A stretch of DNA of 31,879 bases, filler included, from an uncultured bacterium (GCA_964506785.1; 15 parts of 15 records of this genome joined end to end with filler, not necessarily neighbours in it), one strand, 5' to 3'; shown: positions 1 to 9,266, numbered from the whole stretch's first letter. A program made the numbers and translations. Notes: a model not told the origin generated them from the letters alone.

Positions 1-57
1 AGAAAGCCTGAAGGGATTATCCACATGCACGATTTGCTGAAAGCAGGAGTGGTTTAA
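1..57 (+). CDS. kdsD: 3' end of KpsF/GutQ family arabinose-5-phosphate isomerase (CBS domain tail)
   Basis: Frame 1 reads RKPEGIIHMHDLLKAGVV*, the typical KdsD C-terminus; lies directly upstream of kdsC. Confidence 0.8.
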   Translation, partial: RKPEGIIHMHDLLKAGVV

Positions 58-60
58 AAC

Positions 61-102
61 AGGTGATAGGCAGCGGGTAATAGGTGATAGGTAATAGGCG
101 AT
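61..102 (+). repeat. Degenerate 7-bp tandem repeat (AGGTRAT x6)
   Basis: aggtgat aggcagc gggtaat aggtgat aggtaat aggcgat in the kdsD-kdsC intergenic region. Confidence 0.75.
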
Positions 103-129
103 AAGAGAAAACTGAAGATAGGTGGAAGG

Positions 130-666
130 GTGGACGTAAGTCAAGATGCTCTTGAGAGGGCGAAGAAGATAAAGTTACTAATGGTGGATGTCGACGGAGT
201 GCTGACCGACGGCCGAATAATTTTTTCCTCAAACGGAGAAGAGTTGAAGTCTTTTAACGCCCAGGATGGCTGCGCTATGGTTTTGGCCCGGCGAGCCGGT
301 CTAAAAATAATTTTTGTTACCGGGCGGAATTCTTCAATTGTCGAACGCCGGGCTAAAGAACATAATGTTACTCAAGTTTTTCAAGGCGTTGACGATAAAG
401 CGGATGTTTTGAAAAAGCTTTTAAAAAAGTATCAGCTGAGCCCAAAGGAAGTTGCTTTTTTGGGCGACGACCTGGTTGATATTGCCGCAATGAGAAAAAG
501 CGGTTTGGCGGTGGCTGTAGCCGACGCTGTTCCCGAAGCCAAAGAAGCCTCCCACCTGGTTACCTCCCGGGGAGGGGGGAAGGGTGCAATCAGAGAGGTA
601 GTGGATTTCATTATTAAATCACAAGGTAAATGGCAGGAAGTGACCAGAGGCTATTATGAAGTTTAG
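130..666 (+). CDS. kdsC: 3-deoxy-D-manno-octulosonate 8-phosphate phosphatase (HAD family)
   Basis: DVDGVLTDG, GDDLVD and GGKGAIRE motifs; kdsD/lptC context. Confidence 0.93.
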   Translation: MDVSQDALERAKKIKLLMVDVDGVLTDGRIIFSSNGEELKSFNAQDGCAMVLARRAGLKIIFVTGRNSSIVERRAKEHNVTQVFQGVDDKADVLKKLLKKYQLSPKEVAFLGDDLVDIAAMRKSGLAVAVADAVPEAKEASHLVTSRGGGKGAIREVVDFIIKSQGKWQEVTRGYYEV

Positions 667-1546
667 AACTCATCGAGAAATAGTTTATTGGGTCTTCCGG
701 ATTTTTTATGTAATTCTATCGGTTTTGCCCCGAGGTTTAGCTTTGTTTATAGGAGAGAAACTGGGTTTATTGTCTTTTTGGATTCTCCCTCGTGAAAGGA
801 AAAAAGCTTTAGCTAACCTTGATTTAGCTTTTGGTCAGAGTAAATCAGCTGTTAGAAAAAGAAAGATTGTCCGCCAACTTTTTAAAAATTTAGGTAAAAA
901 TGCGGTGGAAGTAATGAAATTCCCAGCGGCTAGTAAAAATGGGATAGACAAAATAATCAAAATTAGCGGAGAGGAAAAAATGAGGGCGGTTTTAAAAAAA
1001 GGTAAAGGAGGTTTATTCCTTACCGCTCATTTTGGCAACTGGGAGCTTCTGGCTGCCTATTTTGCCAGTAAAGGTTATCCAGTGAATGTTCTGGCCCAAA
1101 GGTTATATTACGGTAAAATAAATACGCTTTTGAACCGCCTGCGTTCCAGAATGAAGGTCAATGTTATTTCCCGGAAAAACTCTTTAAGAGAAATTATCCG
1201 GCGCCTTAAAAAGAATGAATTTGTCGGGATAGTTTCTGACCAGAATACGGGGAAAAAAGGGGTCTGGGCGGATTTTTTGGGGAAGAAAGCTTTTACACCC
1301 GTAGGGGCTGTAGCTATTGCTTCGAAAACAGGGGCGCCAATTCTGCCGGGATTTATCCGCTGGCAAGAAGGTAATTGCCATCTTATTGTTATTGAGGACC
1401 CCGTTGAGCTATCTTTTGGTGAAGGAGAAGAGGCAGATTTCTTGAAAAATACAGAAAGGTGCAACAGGATTATAGGAGAATATATAAGTAGATATCCAAC
1501 CGAATGGGTATGGTTCCATCAGCGGTGGGAACATCCCCGTAATTGA
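656..1546 (+). CDS. Lipid A biosynthesis acyltransferase (LpxL/HtrB family)
   Basis: HFGNWE motif, DQ motif, C-terminal PTEWVWFHQRW. Confidence 0.9.
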   Translation: MKFRTHREIVYWVFRIFYVILSVLPRGLALFIGEKLGLLSFWILPRERKKALANLDLAFGQSKSAVRKRKIVRQLFKNLGKNAVEVMKFPAASKNGIDKIIKISGEEKMRAVLKKGKGGLFLTAHFGNWELLAAYFASKGYPVNVLAQRLYYGKINTLLNRLRSRMKVNVISRKNSLREIIRRLKKNEFVGIVSDQNTGKKGVWADFLGKKAFTPVGAVAIASKTGAPILPGFIRWQEGNCHLIVIEDPVELSFGEGEEADFLKNTERCNRIIGEYISRYPTEWVWFHQRWEHPRN

Positions 1547-1565
1547 AACCAAGGGAAACTCAAAC

Positions 1566-1614
1566 CCAGTACTAATTTTTCAAGGGGTTTAGCAAAGTAT
1601 AAAATTAGTACTGG
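1566..1614. repeat. Perfect 14-bp inverted repeat with 21-bp spacer
   Basis: ccagtactaatttt (1566-1579) and aaaattagtactgg (1601-1614). Confidence 0.7.
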
Positions 1615-1688
1615 ATTAATTCGCCCAGTGGTTGATGTCCACACGGGGACATAAATCGCGGGCTCATTAAAGAAAGGAGGGATGAATT

Positions 1689-2075
1689 ATGAGTGAGGAA
1701 TATTTCATGGGACAGGAGAGAAGAAAGTACGAAAGAATATCTTATCATGCTCCTTGCCGGTATGAAATCAGCTCGGATAAAGAACCCTCAGCCATCTTGG
1801 AAAGCGGGACCTCTTTTATAAAAAACATCAGTTTGGGTGGAATGTTGATTGAGCTAATGAAGCTTATTTCTATCAACAGCCGCTTAGATCTGGAAGTTAT
1901 TTTGCCGACGGCGGCACAGCCTATCCGGGCGCAGGCTCGGGTTGTCTGGTCCAGGAAATTAGAAGAAGATGGGAATCGCTATAACGTAGGAATGTGTTTC
2001 ACGGAAATAAATACCAACGACAAAGATAAGATCGCTTCTCTAAATAAAAGGATAAAAGATATCGAAGAGGCATAA
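1689..2075 (+). CDS. Stand-alone PilZ domain protein (putative c-di-GMP receptor)
   Basis: RKYER (RxxxR) and NISLGG (NxSxxG) motifs; strong SD AAGGAGG upstream. Confidence 0.9.
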   Translation: MSEEYFMGQERRKYERISYHAPCRYEISSDKEPSAILESGTSFIKNISLGGMLIELMKLISINSRLDLEVILPTAAQPIRAQARVVWSRKLEEDGNRYNVGMCFTEINTNDKDKIASLNKRIKDIEEA

Positions 2076-2096
2076 GCGTTTTATATAGGCTGGGAG

Positions 2097-2579
2097 ATGT
2101 CACTGAAAAACAGGGGTGTAACAATTTTATATTTTTCTATGGCGGCGGTTTTACTTATTTCCGCCAGTCCCAAATCTTCAGGGGAACCTAATTTTGAAAA
2201 AGCTGCTGAGGAGGGAAATCAAGAGACCAAGGAGTTTTTCCTTACCGAGACAGAAGCAGGCCAGACAAAGTGGGACATCAGGTCTTCCTCGGCCGAGTTT
2301 TCCAGTGAGGGTATAGTGTATCTAAAAAAGGTTAAGATAAATCTTTATGAGGATGGGAATAGGATTTTAAACATTAAAGCCGATGGGGGCCGGTTCGATG
2401 ATGTCAATAAGAATGTTCATTTAAAAGGAAATGTTATTGGAATAACCGATCGAGGCGAAAGTTTCCTTACCCAAAGCCTACATTGGATTTCAGCTGAAGA
2501 AAGGATTGAAAGTGCCGATAAAATAAAAATCACTGGAGAAAATATGATTATTAATGCCCAGGGTTTAGTCCTTTACCCA
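2097..2579 (+). CDS. lptC: LPS export periplasmic protein LptC (3' truncated by contig end)
   Basis: N-terminal hydrophobic anchor, beta-jellyroll-like sequence (W-I-S-AEF, LKGNV, LTQSLHW); kdsC context. Confidence 0.8.
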
Positions 2580-2679
2580 NNNNNNNNNNNNNNNNNNNNN
2601 NNNNNNNNNNNNNNNNNNNNNNNTTAATTAATTAANNNNNNNNNNNNNNNNNNNNNNNNNNNNNNNNNNNNNNNNNNNN
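2580..2679. other. Artificial contig linker N44-TTAATTAATTAA-N44 (first of 14)
   Basis: Identical 100-nt linkers also at 5214-5313, 7717-7816, 10150-10249, 12571-12670, 14780-14879, 16888-16987, 18975-19074, 20991-21090, 22977-23076, 24961-25060, 26790-26889, 28518-28617 and 30246-30345. The core gives stops in all six frames. Confidence 0.99.
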
Positions 2680-2751
2680 ATAATACTCGTTGTATTTTTC
2701 ACCGGGTATTATGGGTATGCAGGTTTTTATAAGAAAATGAAGAATAGATGA
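2680..2751 (+). CDS. 3' end of an upstream membrane protein
   Basis: Reads IILVVFFTGYYGYAGFYKKMKNR* from the contig edge. Confidence 0.4.
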   Translation: MILVVFFTGYYGYAGFYKKMKNR

Positions 2752-2821
2752 ATATAGCCTTCCTGTAGTGAGAGTGCTTTAAAATGAAAAAGAGCGAAAA
2801 TTATTAAAGGTGTCTTTAGCC

Positions 2822-4780
2822 ATGAGAAAAATTTTAATCTATTTTTTGGTAATTTTGTTTTTTACTATTTTTACTTTTTTTTCTACCTATCCTTTAATTA
2901 TCAAGATGGATACGGCAGTTAAAAATCTGGGGGATCCGGTTTTAAACGTCTGGATATTGAACTGGGATATCCATAAATTTCTGACCGGAATCAGCAATTT
3001 TTTCGATGCCAATATTTTTTATCCCCATAGGAATACCCTGGCCTATTCAGAGCACCTTATTCCTCAGGCGCTCCTTGCCTTGCCGGTTTACTTGATAACC
3101 CACCAGCCGATTTTTATCTATAATTTTCTCTTTATCTTAAGTTTTATCCTTTCCGGGCTGGGGATGTTTTTTCTTGCTGAACATTTAACCAAAAATAAAT
3201 TTGCCTCCCTTTTGGCTGGATTCATTTTTGCCTTTTCGCCTTTTCGCTTCGGCCATCTGGGGCACCTGCAAATTTTAAGTATGCAGTGGATTCCATTTAC
3301 CTTTTTATTTTTGCACAAGTTTATCGAAGAATCAAAAATTAAAGATTTAATCTTTTTCTTAGGTTTTTTTATACTACAGGCTCTTTCCTGCAGCTATTAT
3401 GCATTTTTTTTAACTGTGGCAATTCTTATTATGTTCATTTTTCTTTTGATTAATCGAAAGCTCAATACGAAAAAGATTTCAGCTTTAATATTTGCTGGAA
3501 TATTTGCCGGCTTGATTCTTTTCCCGTTTTTCTATCCTTATTATAAATTCAAGAAAGAGATGAATTTCAGCCGGCCGGCGAGTGAAGTCGAATATTATTC
3601 GGCCCAGGTGCAAAATTACCTGGCCCTCCCAAGTGGAAACAGGCTTTTGGGAAAATTAACGAAAAGATTTGTTGGTACAGAAGCCCAGCTTTTTCCCGGA
3701 ATAACCGTTCTTGTCTTTGCCATCGTGGGGATGTTTAAATGGCCTGGGAAAAAGGGGGATCCCGTTAGAAGTCCAAATCAGAAGCGGGGTATCCCGCCTT
3801 TTCGCGGAAAGAGCGGGATTTCTTCTGATGGAGTGAATAGAATCCTGGAAGTTTTGATGATTCTTAATCTTTTGATGATTATATTTTTGCAAAAATACGG
3901 CGGGTTTGATTTTAATTTGGCTGGGTGCAAAATCAGCCTTCATTCCCTCAGGAACCCTCTTTATCTGCTTTTTTTACTCATTATTATTCGCTGGCTTAAC
4001 AGCCGCGAAAAAAACAAATTTTTGGCTTTGGATTACCGGACGAATTTATATTTGATTCTGGCTATATCGAGTTTTATTCTTTCTTTAGGGCCGTCTTTAA
4101 TTATCTGGAACAGCGGCAAATTGATAAACCTGCCCTATCTTTTCCTTTATAATCATATTCCCGGTTTTCAGGGTTTACGGGTGCCGGCCCGCTGGGGTTG
4201 TTTCTTCATCTTTTCTTTAAGTGTTTTGGCGGGAATGGGGATAAAAAGAGCCTTTAATGCTTTCAAAAAGGGGAAAGGCATATTAAAATGGATGGTGGCC
4301 GTCTTAGTTTTTTCTTTTTTGGTCAGTGAATCAATTTATATCCCGATTGGGTACGCCGAACTGCCTAAAAGAGATTCTTCGGTTTATAACTGGTTAGCTA
4401 AACAAAAGGATGATTTTGCGATTATTGAGCTTCCCATGCCGATCGATGGTTCCCGGGCGCATTATGAAGCAGAGTACATGTACCGGTCTATTTATCACTG
4501 GAAACCTTTGGTTAACGGCTATAGCGGTTTTTTCCCTCCCGATTATTGGCCGATCAATAGAAAGATGCAGAGATTCCCCAGTTTTGAATCTGTTGAAATC
4601 CTGGAGCAGTTAGGGATTAAATATGTAATTGTCCATTTTGCTATGCTGGATGGCGAAAGAATCACAAGAATAAAAAATCAGATCCCGGAATTTAACCAGG
4701 ATTTAAGGATAAAAAAGAAATTCGGCGAAGATTATGTTATAGAGATTATTCCTAAGAATACAGCAAAGACCGCAAGATAG
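2822..4780 (+). CDS. Multi-pass membrane protein, GT-C/YfhO-like putative glycosyltransferase
   Basis: Many TM segments; GDP-x-LNxW, FDANIFYP, LAYSEH, LRVPARW and NGYSGFFP motifs; adjacent to a DPM-synthase-like GT2. Confidence 0.7.
   Translation: MRKILIYFLVILFFTIFTFFSTYPLIIKMDTAVKNLGDPVLNVWILNWDIHKFLTGISNFFDANIFYPHRNTLAYSEHLIPQALLALPVYLITHQPIFIYNFLFILSFILSGLGMFFLAEHLTKNKFASLLAGFIFAFSPFRFGHLGHLQILSMQWIPFTFLFLHKFIEESKIKDLIFFLGFFILQALSCSYYAFFLTVAILIMFIFLLINRKLNTKKISALIFAGIFAGLILFPFFYPYYKFKKEMNFSRPASEVEYYSAQVQNYLALPSGNRLLGKLTKRFVGTEAQLFPGITVLVFAIVGMFKWPGKKGDPVRSPNQKRGIPPFRGKSGISSDGVNRILEVLMILNLLMIIFLQKYGGFDFNLAGCKISLHSLRNPLYLLFLLIIIRWLNSREKNKFLALDYRTNLYLILAISSFILSLGPSLIIWNSGKLINLPYLFLYNHIPGFQGLRVPARWGCFFIFSLSVLAGMGIKRAFNAFKKGKGILKWMVAVLVFSFLVSESIYIPIGYAELPKRDSSVYNWLAKQKDDFAIIELPMPIDGSRAHYEAEYMYRSIYHWKPLVNGYSGFFPPDYWPINRKMQRFPSFESVEILEQLGIKYVIVHFAMLDGERITRIKNQIPEFNQDLRIKKKFGEDYVIEIIPKNTAKTAR
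3759..3834. repeat. Palindromic MITE-like element inserted in-frame in CDS
   Basis: Imperfect terminal IR atcccgttagaag / cttctgatggagt, with inner hairpin atcccgccttttc-gcg-gaaagagcgggat; encodes the GC-rich loop DPVRSPNQKRGIPPFRGKSGISSDGV. Confidence 0.6.
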
Positions 4781-4794
4781 ATGAAGGGGGCGTT

Positions 4795-5213
4795 TTGAAA
4801 TTATCAGTTATAATGCCGGTTTTTAATGAATTAGAAACGATTGAAAAAATTATCGAAAAGGTGGAGTGCCTTGTAATTTCCAAAGAAATTATTATTGTCG
4901 ATGATTGTTCTACCGACGGTACCAGAGAGATTCTTAAGTCAAAAAGGAAAAGGTGGGAGGCCGATGGCGCGGGGGAAAGCATCAAGGTTATATTTCATAA
5001 AAAAAACCAGGGTAAAGGGGCAGCCATAAAAACCGGGCTCGATTATGTTTCCGGAGACTATGTGATTATTCAGGATGGGGATTTAGAGTATGACCCCAAG
5101 GAATACCTTAAGCTTTTGGCTGAAGTTGAAGCAAATAAAGACCGGGCGGTATATGGGTCTAGGCTTTTAATCCGGCCTTCTAATATGTCGATTCTTCATT
5201 TGTGGGGCAACCG
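4795..5213 (+). CDS. Glycosyltransferase family 2 (polyprenol-phosphate sugar synthase-like), 3' truncated
   Basis: LSVIMPVFNE, DDCSTDGT, NQGKGAA, QDGDLEYDP, VYGSR. Confidence 0.92.
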
Positions 5214-5313
5214 NNNNNNNNNNNNNNNNNNNNNNNNNNNNNNNNNNNNNNNNNNNNTTAATTAATTAANNNNNNNNNNNNNNNNNNNNNNNNNNNNNNN
5301 NNNNNNNNNNNNN

Positions 5314-5523
5314 ATACTGCCAGTCGGGACAAAAAGCCCAATCAATGCTTACCCCCTTATAGTTCATTCCCTTATTATCATATCTCGTATCGGACACAAA
5401 ATTGTCCTTTTCACGGAACCTGTTACGCAGTCTCGGGTTAAATAGAATTGCGCCTAAAACAAAAGGAATTAAAACAATTGTCGAAGCTATAGTTATAGAA
5501 CGAATTTTCATTTTGGTCTCCAA
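5314..5523 (-). CDS. Hypothetical protein with N-terminal TM segment, 3' truncated
   Basis: ORF starts a few nt after the transporter stop; hydrophobic N-terminus. Confidence 0.5.
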
Positions 5524-5526
5524 TTT

Positions 5527-6621
5527 TTAATGTTGCGGCTTAAAAAAGGCACCTCTTTCAAGCCATTTAATAGTGCCGAATACAACCAGTATCCAGCTCG
5601 CTACTGCCAATGTATTTAAACATAAGAGCATTCCGCGAAAAAAATAAGGAGCCACGCATTTGGCTAAAAGGCCCGTGGAAACGGCGAATGCTTCCAACGG
5701 AAACGTGTATGCCCACCAGGAAAAAACTAACGGGTGCGCTTTGATTCTGATGTAATGAACGACTAAAATTATCACTAAAAAGAGCCACCAGAAAGAAAAA
5801 CCCCATAGAACAGTGGCACCTATCTTTACAAGGGGAAATATAGATACGAAATTTATGCCAAATAGAGTCCCATGCGAAGCTTCGATAGCCTCAATAAACT
5901 TTATTAAAAATACGACCATGATAGCCGTCGGAGCTATCCCTATCATGATTGTAGGAGCCAGGTTCCCTTGTGGAATTGTGCCGCAGACATAACGGCGCCA
6001 TACCATCGCCCCGACAAATAAAAAATTGAAAAAGCCCACACCCAAAGCTACCATAGAAATTATAAAAATAACGGGAGCTAAACCCGTCTCTGCCCAATAA
6101 ACGTCTAATAAACAAGTTCCAAGGACCGGTATTATAAGATGGGAAACTGGGGGTATAAACCATGAAAAATTCGCATCATTCAAACGCATCTCCTTGTTCA
6201 AAAAATGAATCTTTACCAATAAATACCCGAAGGTAAAAATTCCTATAACCCCCAGAAAGAAAAAGATTACGCTTAAATGATAGGAAAATTCGGGGCCGAA
6301 AAGCATCGGGCCGAGCTTATTGGTTCCTGTTCCTGCTAATATAAAAGAAATAGGCATGGTAGGAAAAAAATTGCCTTTTATCGGATGGCGCAGATCTTTT
6401 TTAACCTCTTCCGGATACATAAAAAATCTTAATGTCCACGGGATTAAAAAAGCGATAAACATAAAGGTGGTCAGTAAATAAAATCCCAGGCCCACGTATA
6501 AAAGAGCCGAAAAAGGCCTGGCAACTTCCGAGGACAATTGCATGGTAATACAAAGGGCCGCTGTCCCCATAACCGCGGCACCCCATTCAGGACCAAAATT
6601 TTTCACTATTTTCTTAAACAT
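5527..6621 (-). CDS. TDT/SLAC1 family anion transporter (TehA / C4-dicarboxylate / sulfite-type)
   Basis: PEWGAAVMGT, HPIKGNFFPTMPIS, SWFIPPV, FSWWAYTFPL; about 10 TM; start placed at the ATG after a GAGGGG SD. Confidence 0.88.
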   Translation of the reverse strand: MFKKIVKNFGPEWGAAVMGTAALCITMQLSSEVARPFSALLYVGLGFYLLTTFMFIAFLIPWTLRFFMYPEEVKKDLRHPIKGNFFPTMPISFILAGTGTNKLGPMLFGPEFSYHLSVIFFFLGVIGIFTFGYLLVKIHFLNKEMRLNDANFSWFIPPVSHLIIPVLGTCLLDVYWAETGLAPVIFIISMVALGVGFFNFLFVGAMVWRRYVCGTIPQGNLAPTIMIGIAPTAIMVVFLIKFIEAIEASHGTLFGINFVSIFPLVKIGATVLWGFSFWWLFLVIILVVHYIRIKAHPLVFSWWAYTFPLEAFAVSTGLLAKCVAPYFFRGMLLCLNTLAVASWILVVFGTIKWLERGAFFKPQH

Positions 6622-6681
6622 GGTAGCCCCTCTTTCCTTTAAAATGTAAAATACCATTCATAAATAAACCGTTAACAGATA

Positions 6682-7710
6682 TTAAGACAAAGCCTTTTCC
6701 AGCAACGTAACGGTATTCCCCAAATCACTGAGGCTGATTATTTCTACAGGCGTATGCATATATCTTAACGGAATACTTACCAGCCCTGTGGCAATCCCCG
6801 ATTTTGTAAGCTGGATAACGTTTGCGTCGGTCCTCGTGCCCTCCGGTATCGCTTCTATTTGATGAGGAATATTTCCTTTTTTAGCTGCATTTACGAGCAA
6901 ATCAAATATTTTCGGATTTATGTTCGGCCCTTTCGCTATCACGGGGCCGCCGCCTATTTTTATGTCTCCCGTTTTTCTTTTATCCATTGTGGGAAAATCG
7001 GAGGCAAAAGTAACGTCTATGGCGATGCCTATATCCGGCGAAATGCCATAAGCGCTCGTTCTGGCGCCTCTTAGACCTATTTCCTCCTGCACCGTAATCA
7101 CGCCGTATAAAGAAGCGCTGAGTTTCTTTTTTGACAATTTTTTTAAAACTTCGGTTATAACAAATACGCCTGCTTTGTCATCAAAGCCCCTGCCTATTAC
7201 TTTATCAGAATTCAAAACATCTAATCCTGCATTTACAACGGCGATATCCCCGATTTCTACCCTGGATTTTGCTTCCTTTTCATCTTTGGCCCCGATATCT
7301 ATCCATAACTCCCCGACTTTGCAAATTTTCTTTTTTTCTTCCTCTTCCAGAAGATGCACGGGTTTTTTGCCTATCGCTCCTAAAACCTCGCCTTTTTTAG
7401 TTTTTATTCTTACTCTTTGGCCCGGTATAAGATGAGGGTCAAGCCCGCCTACAGGGGAAAAATAAATATAACCGTCCTTATCTATATATTTAACCATGAA
7501 GCCTACTTCATCAATGTGGCTCGCAAGCATAATTTTTGGTTTTTTATTTTCGTTTAATACAGCTATTGCGTTGCCGTGAATGTCAATTTCAACTTTCCGG
7601 ACAAACTTTTTCACTTCTTTTTTCCAGAGCTCAACCGCTTCCTGTTCGTATCCTGAAGGACTGATTGTTTCTATAAGTTCTTTAAAAAATTTCGAACAAT
7701 TGTTTTTCAT
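6682..7710 (-). CDS. M42 family metalloaminopeptidase
   Basis: SPSGYE, SHIDEVG, DDKAG, VQEEIGLRGA, RYMHTPVE. Confidence 0.93.
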   Translation of the reverse strand: MKNNCSKFFKELIETISPSGYEQEAVELWKKEVKKFVRKVEIDIHGNAIAVLNENKKPKIMLASHIDEVGFMVKYIDKDGYIYFSPVGGLDPHLIPGQRVRIKTKKGEVLGAIGKKPVHLLEEEEKKKICKVGELWIDIGAKDEKEAKSRVEIGDIAVVNAGLDVLNSDKVIGRGFDDKAGVFVITEVLKKLSKKKLSASLYGVITVQEEIGLRGARTSAYGISPDIGIAIDVTFASDFPTMDKRKTGDIKIGGGPVIAKGPNINPKIFDLLVNAAKKGNIPHQIEAIPEGTRTDANVIQLTKSGIATGLVSIPLRYMHTPVEIISLSDLGNTVTLLEKALS

Positions 7711-7892
7711 TAAGGCNNNNNNNNNNNNNNNNNNNNNNNNNNNNNNNNNNNNNNNNNNNNTTAATTAATTAANNNNNNNNNNNNNNNNNNNNNNNNNNNN
7801 NNNNNNNNNNNNNNNNTAATCCAGAGCTTTTCACCGCTCTATCTGACTTTTATCGTATCATCTCCTTTTTATCAGAGATTAATATACCAGAA

Positions 7893-7945
7893 TGTGTAAA
7901 CTATGTGCCCGGAATAAAGTGTTAAGGATGTGCCCGGAATATACC
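7893..7945. mobile_element. Probable IS terminus (IS481-family-like) with two internal direct repeats
   Basis: Perfect 14-bp direct repeat atgtgcccggaata at 7903-7916 and 7928-7941 (25-bp period), each preceded by gtgt(a/t)aa, ending ...tatac. Family assignment is by recalled resemblance; no transposase visible before the contig edge. Confidence 0.5.
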
Positions 7946-7965
7946 AAAAATGGCGGAGAGGCAGG
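7946..7965 (-). repeat. Displaced duplicate of tRNA-Ser(GGA) 3' end (att-like)
   Basis: aaaaatggcggagaggcagg is identical (20/20) to 8338-8357. Confidence 0.88.
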
Positions 7966-8125
7966 TCGTTCAGGGCTATGATCCTCCTTCTCGGCGGATC
8001 ATTTACGCCCTTCCCGGCATTTCCTCATGCCGAAAGCATTCGGTCAGGATTCGGCACTAATCATTTTTATCTTATTTGTGCCTCATCTCAGCCATTGCCG
8101 CCATTTTTCCCGGACCAATTCCAGC

Positions 8126-8203
8126 ATGGCCGAAGGCCATACAACTTTAGGGGGTTATTAATCCAAAGAAGAAGGGGGAGTAATGTCCCCCTTCTTCTTT
8201 GAT
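8126..8203 (-). repeat. 78-nt two-hairpin module, copy A
   Basis: 16-bp stem caaagaagaaggggga/tcccccttcttctttg plus 6-bp triloop hairpin; 65/78 ungapped identity to the reverse complement of 9135-9212. Confidence 0.9.
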
Positions 8204-8342
8204 CACAGAAATTACTACCATAATAAGTTCCGCCAGGAAAGGGGTGACAGCAAAGCGCCATGGAGGGGAAAACCTGGGTTTTTCCCTATGGGATTTTTTG
8301 AGAACTGTCATAGCATTTCTATGAGAATTGATCCGAAAAAAA

Positions 8343-8432
<90 letters not shown>

Positions 8433-8438
8433 GCACAA

Positions 8439-8792
8439 TCATGGAGATTTTTTAAAACTCTCTACGGCATCATTTTCAGTTTCATATAACTCGAAGATTT
8501 TATCAAGCTGGGTAAGTTGTAATACGCTGCGGGCCTCGTTCGATAAACCACTTAACTTTATTTCACCATTACTCTTCCGCACTTCTTTAGTAAAAAAAAT
8601 AATCGTTGCAATCACCAGCGAGGAAAGAAATCCCACCTTAGAAAGGTCTATGATAAATTTAGTCTCTCCCGCCCGGACTAATTCATTCAGTTCTTTTTTT
8701 ATCTGTTCTTTCTGTTCAAAGTTGATTTCATTGAAAGTAAAATTGATAATATCAACATCTTGACTTTTAACAATAGTAAGAATTTTTTCCAT
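8439..8792 (-). CDS. STAS domain anti-sigma-factor antagonist
   Basis: IIDLSKVGFLSS, GEIKLSGL, LTQLDKIFELYETENDAVESF; SD AAGGGG; ends 6 nt before the tRNA. Confidence 0.9.
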   Translation of the reverse strand: MEKILTIVKSQDVDIINFTFNEINFEQKEQIKKELNELVRAGETKFIIDLSKVGFLSSLVIATIIFFTKEVRKSNGEIKLSGLSNEARSVLQLTQLDKIFELYETENDAVESFKKSP

Positions 8793-8828
8793 AATGAACC
8801 CCTTTTATTGATATAAGTTTTGTTGTTT

Positions 8829-8857
8829 ATTCTACATATATATTTCTGATTTGTCAC
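8829..8857 (-). promoter_or_regulatory. Putative sigma70 promoter for STAS-tRNA-Ser(GGA)
   Basis: GTGACA-17 bp-TAGAAT on the minus strand. Confidence 0.5.
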
Positions 8858-8970
8858 TAATTTTATTGATAAGTTTATAACTCAAACGGTGATTATGTTT
8901 TTTGCTAAATACGGGAAAAATGTAGAGAAATCCATTATATTCTGGTAAAATTAGTCTGCATGTTGAGATG

Positions 8971-9058
8971 GGAGAGGTGGCAGAGTGGTTGAATGCGGCG
9001 GTCTCGAAAACCGTTGTGCCTTAGGGTACCGGGAGTTCGAATCTCCCCCTCTCCGCCA
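8971..9058 (+). tRNA. tRNA-Ser(CGA)
   Basis: GGAGAGG acceptor, GCGGT-CT CGA AA-ACCGT anticodon arm, long variable arm, GGGAG-TTCGAAT-CTCCC T arm, GCCA. Confidence 0.97.
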
Positions 9059-9065
9059 TTGTATT

Positions 9066-9099
9066 AAAAAATCCGGCTAATATTAAAGCCGGATTTTTT
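9066..9099. terminator. Bidirectional intrinsic terminator after tRNA-Ser(CGA)
   Basis: aaaaaatccggct-aatattaa-agccggatttttt. Confidence 0.85.
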
Positions 9100-9134
9100 G
9101 TTAATAATGTACTGCGAATTATGCTATTTTCTGC

Positions 9135-9212
9135 ATCAAAGAAGAAGGGGGATATACTTCCCCCTTCTTCTTTGGAGTAATAACCCCCTTGATTTGTGTG
9201 GTCTTAGACCAC
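9135..9212 (+). repeat. 78-nt two-hairpin module, copy B
   Basis: Same 16-bp stem (9137-9152/9159-9174) plus gtggtc-tta-gaccac. Confidence 0.9.
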
Positions 9213-9266
9213 CTCCAGTTTGCAGAGAAGCAGGCGTTCAAAAGTCTCGCATTTAGCTCGATTTTT

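Noticed and set aside
7893-7945. Possible CRISPR array
   Set aside because: Only two units with a 25-bp period, no spacer-length unique sequence and no cas genes.
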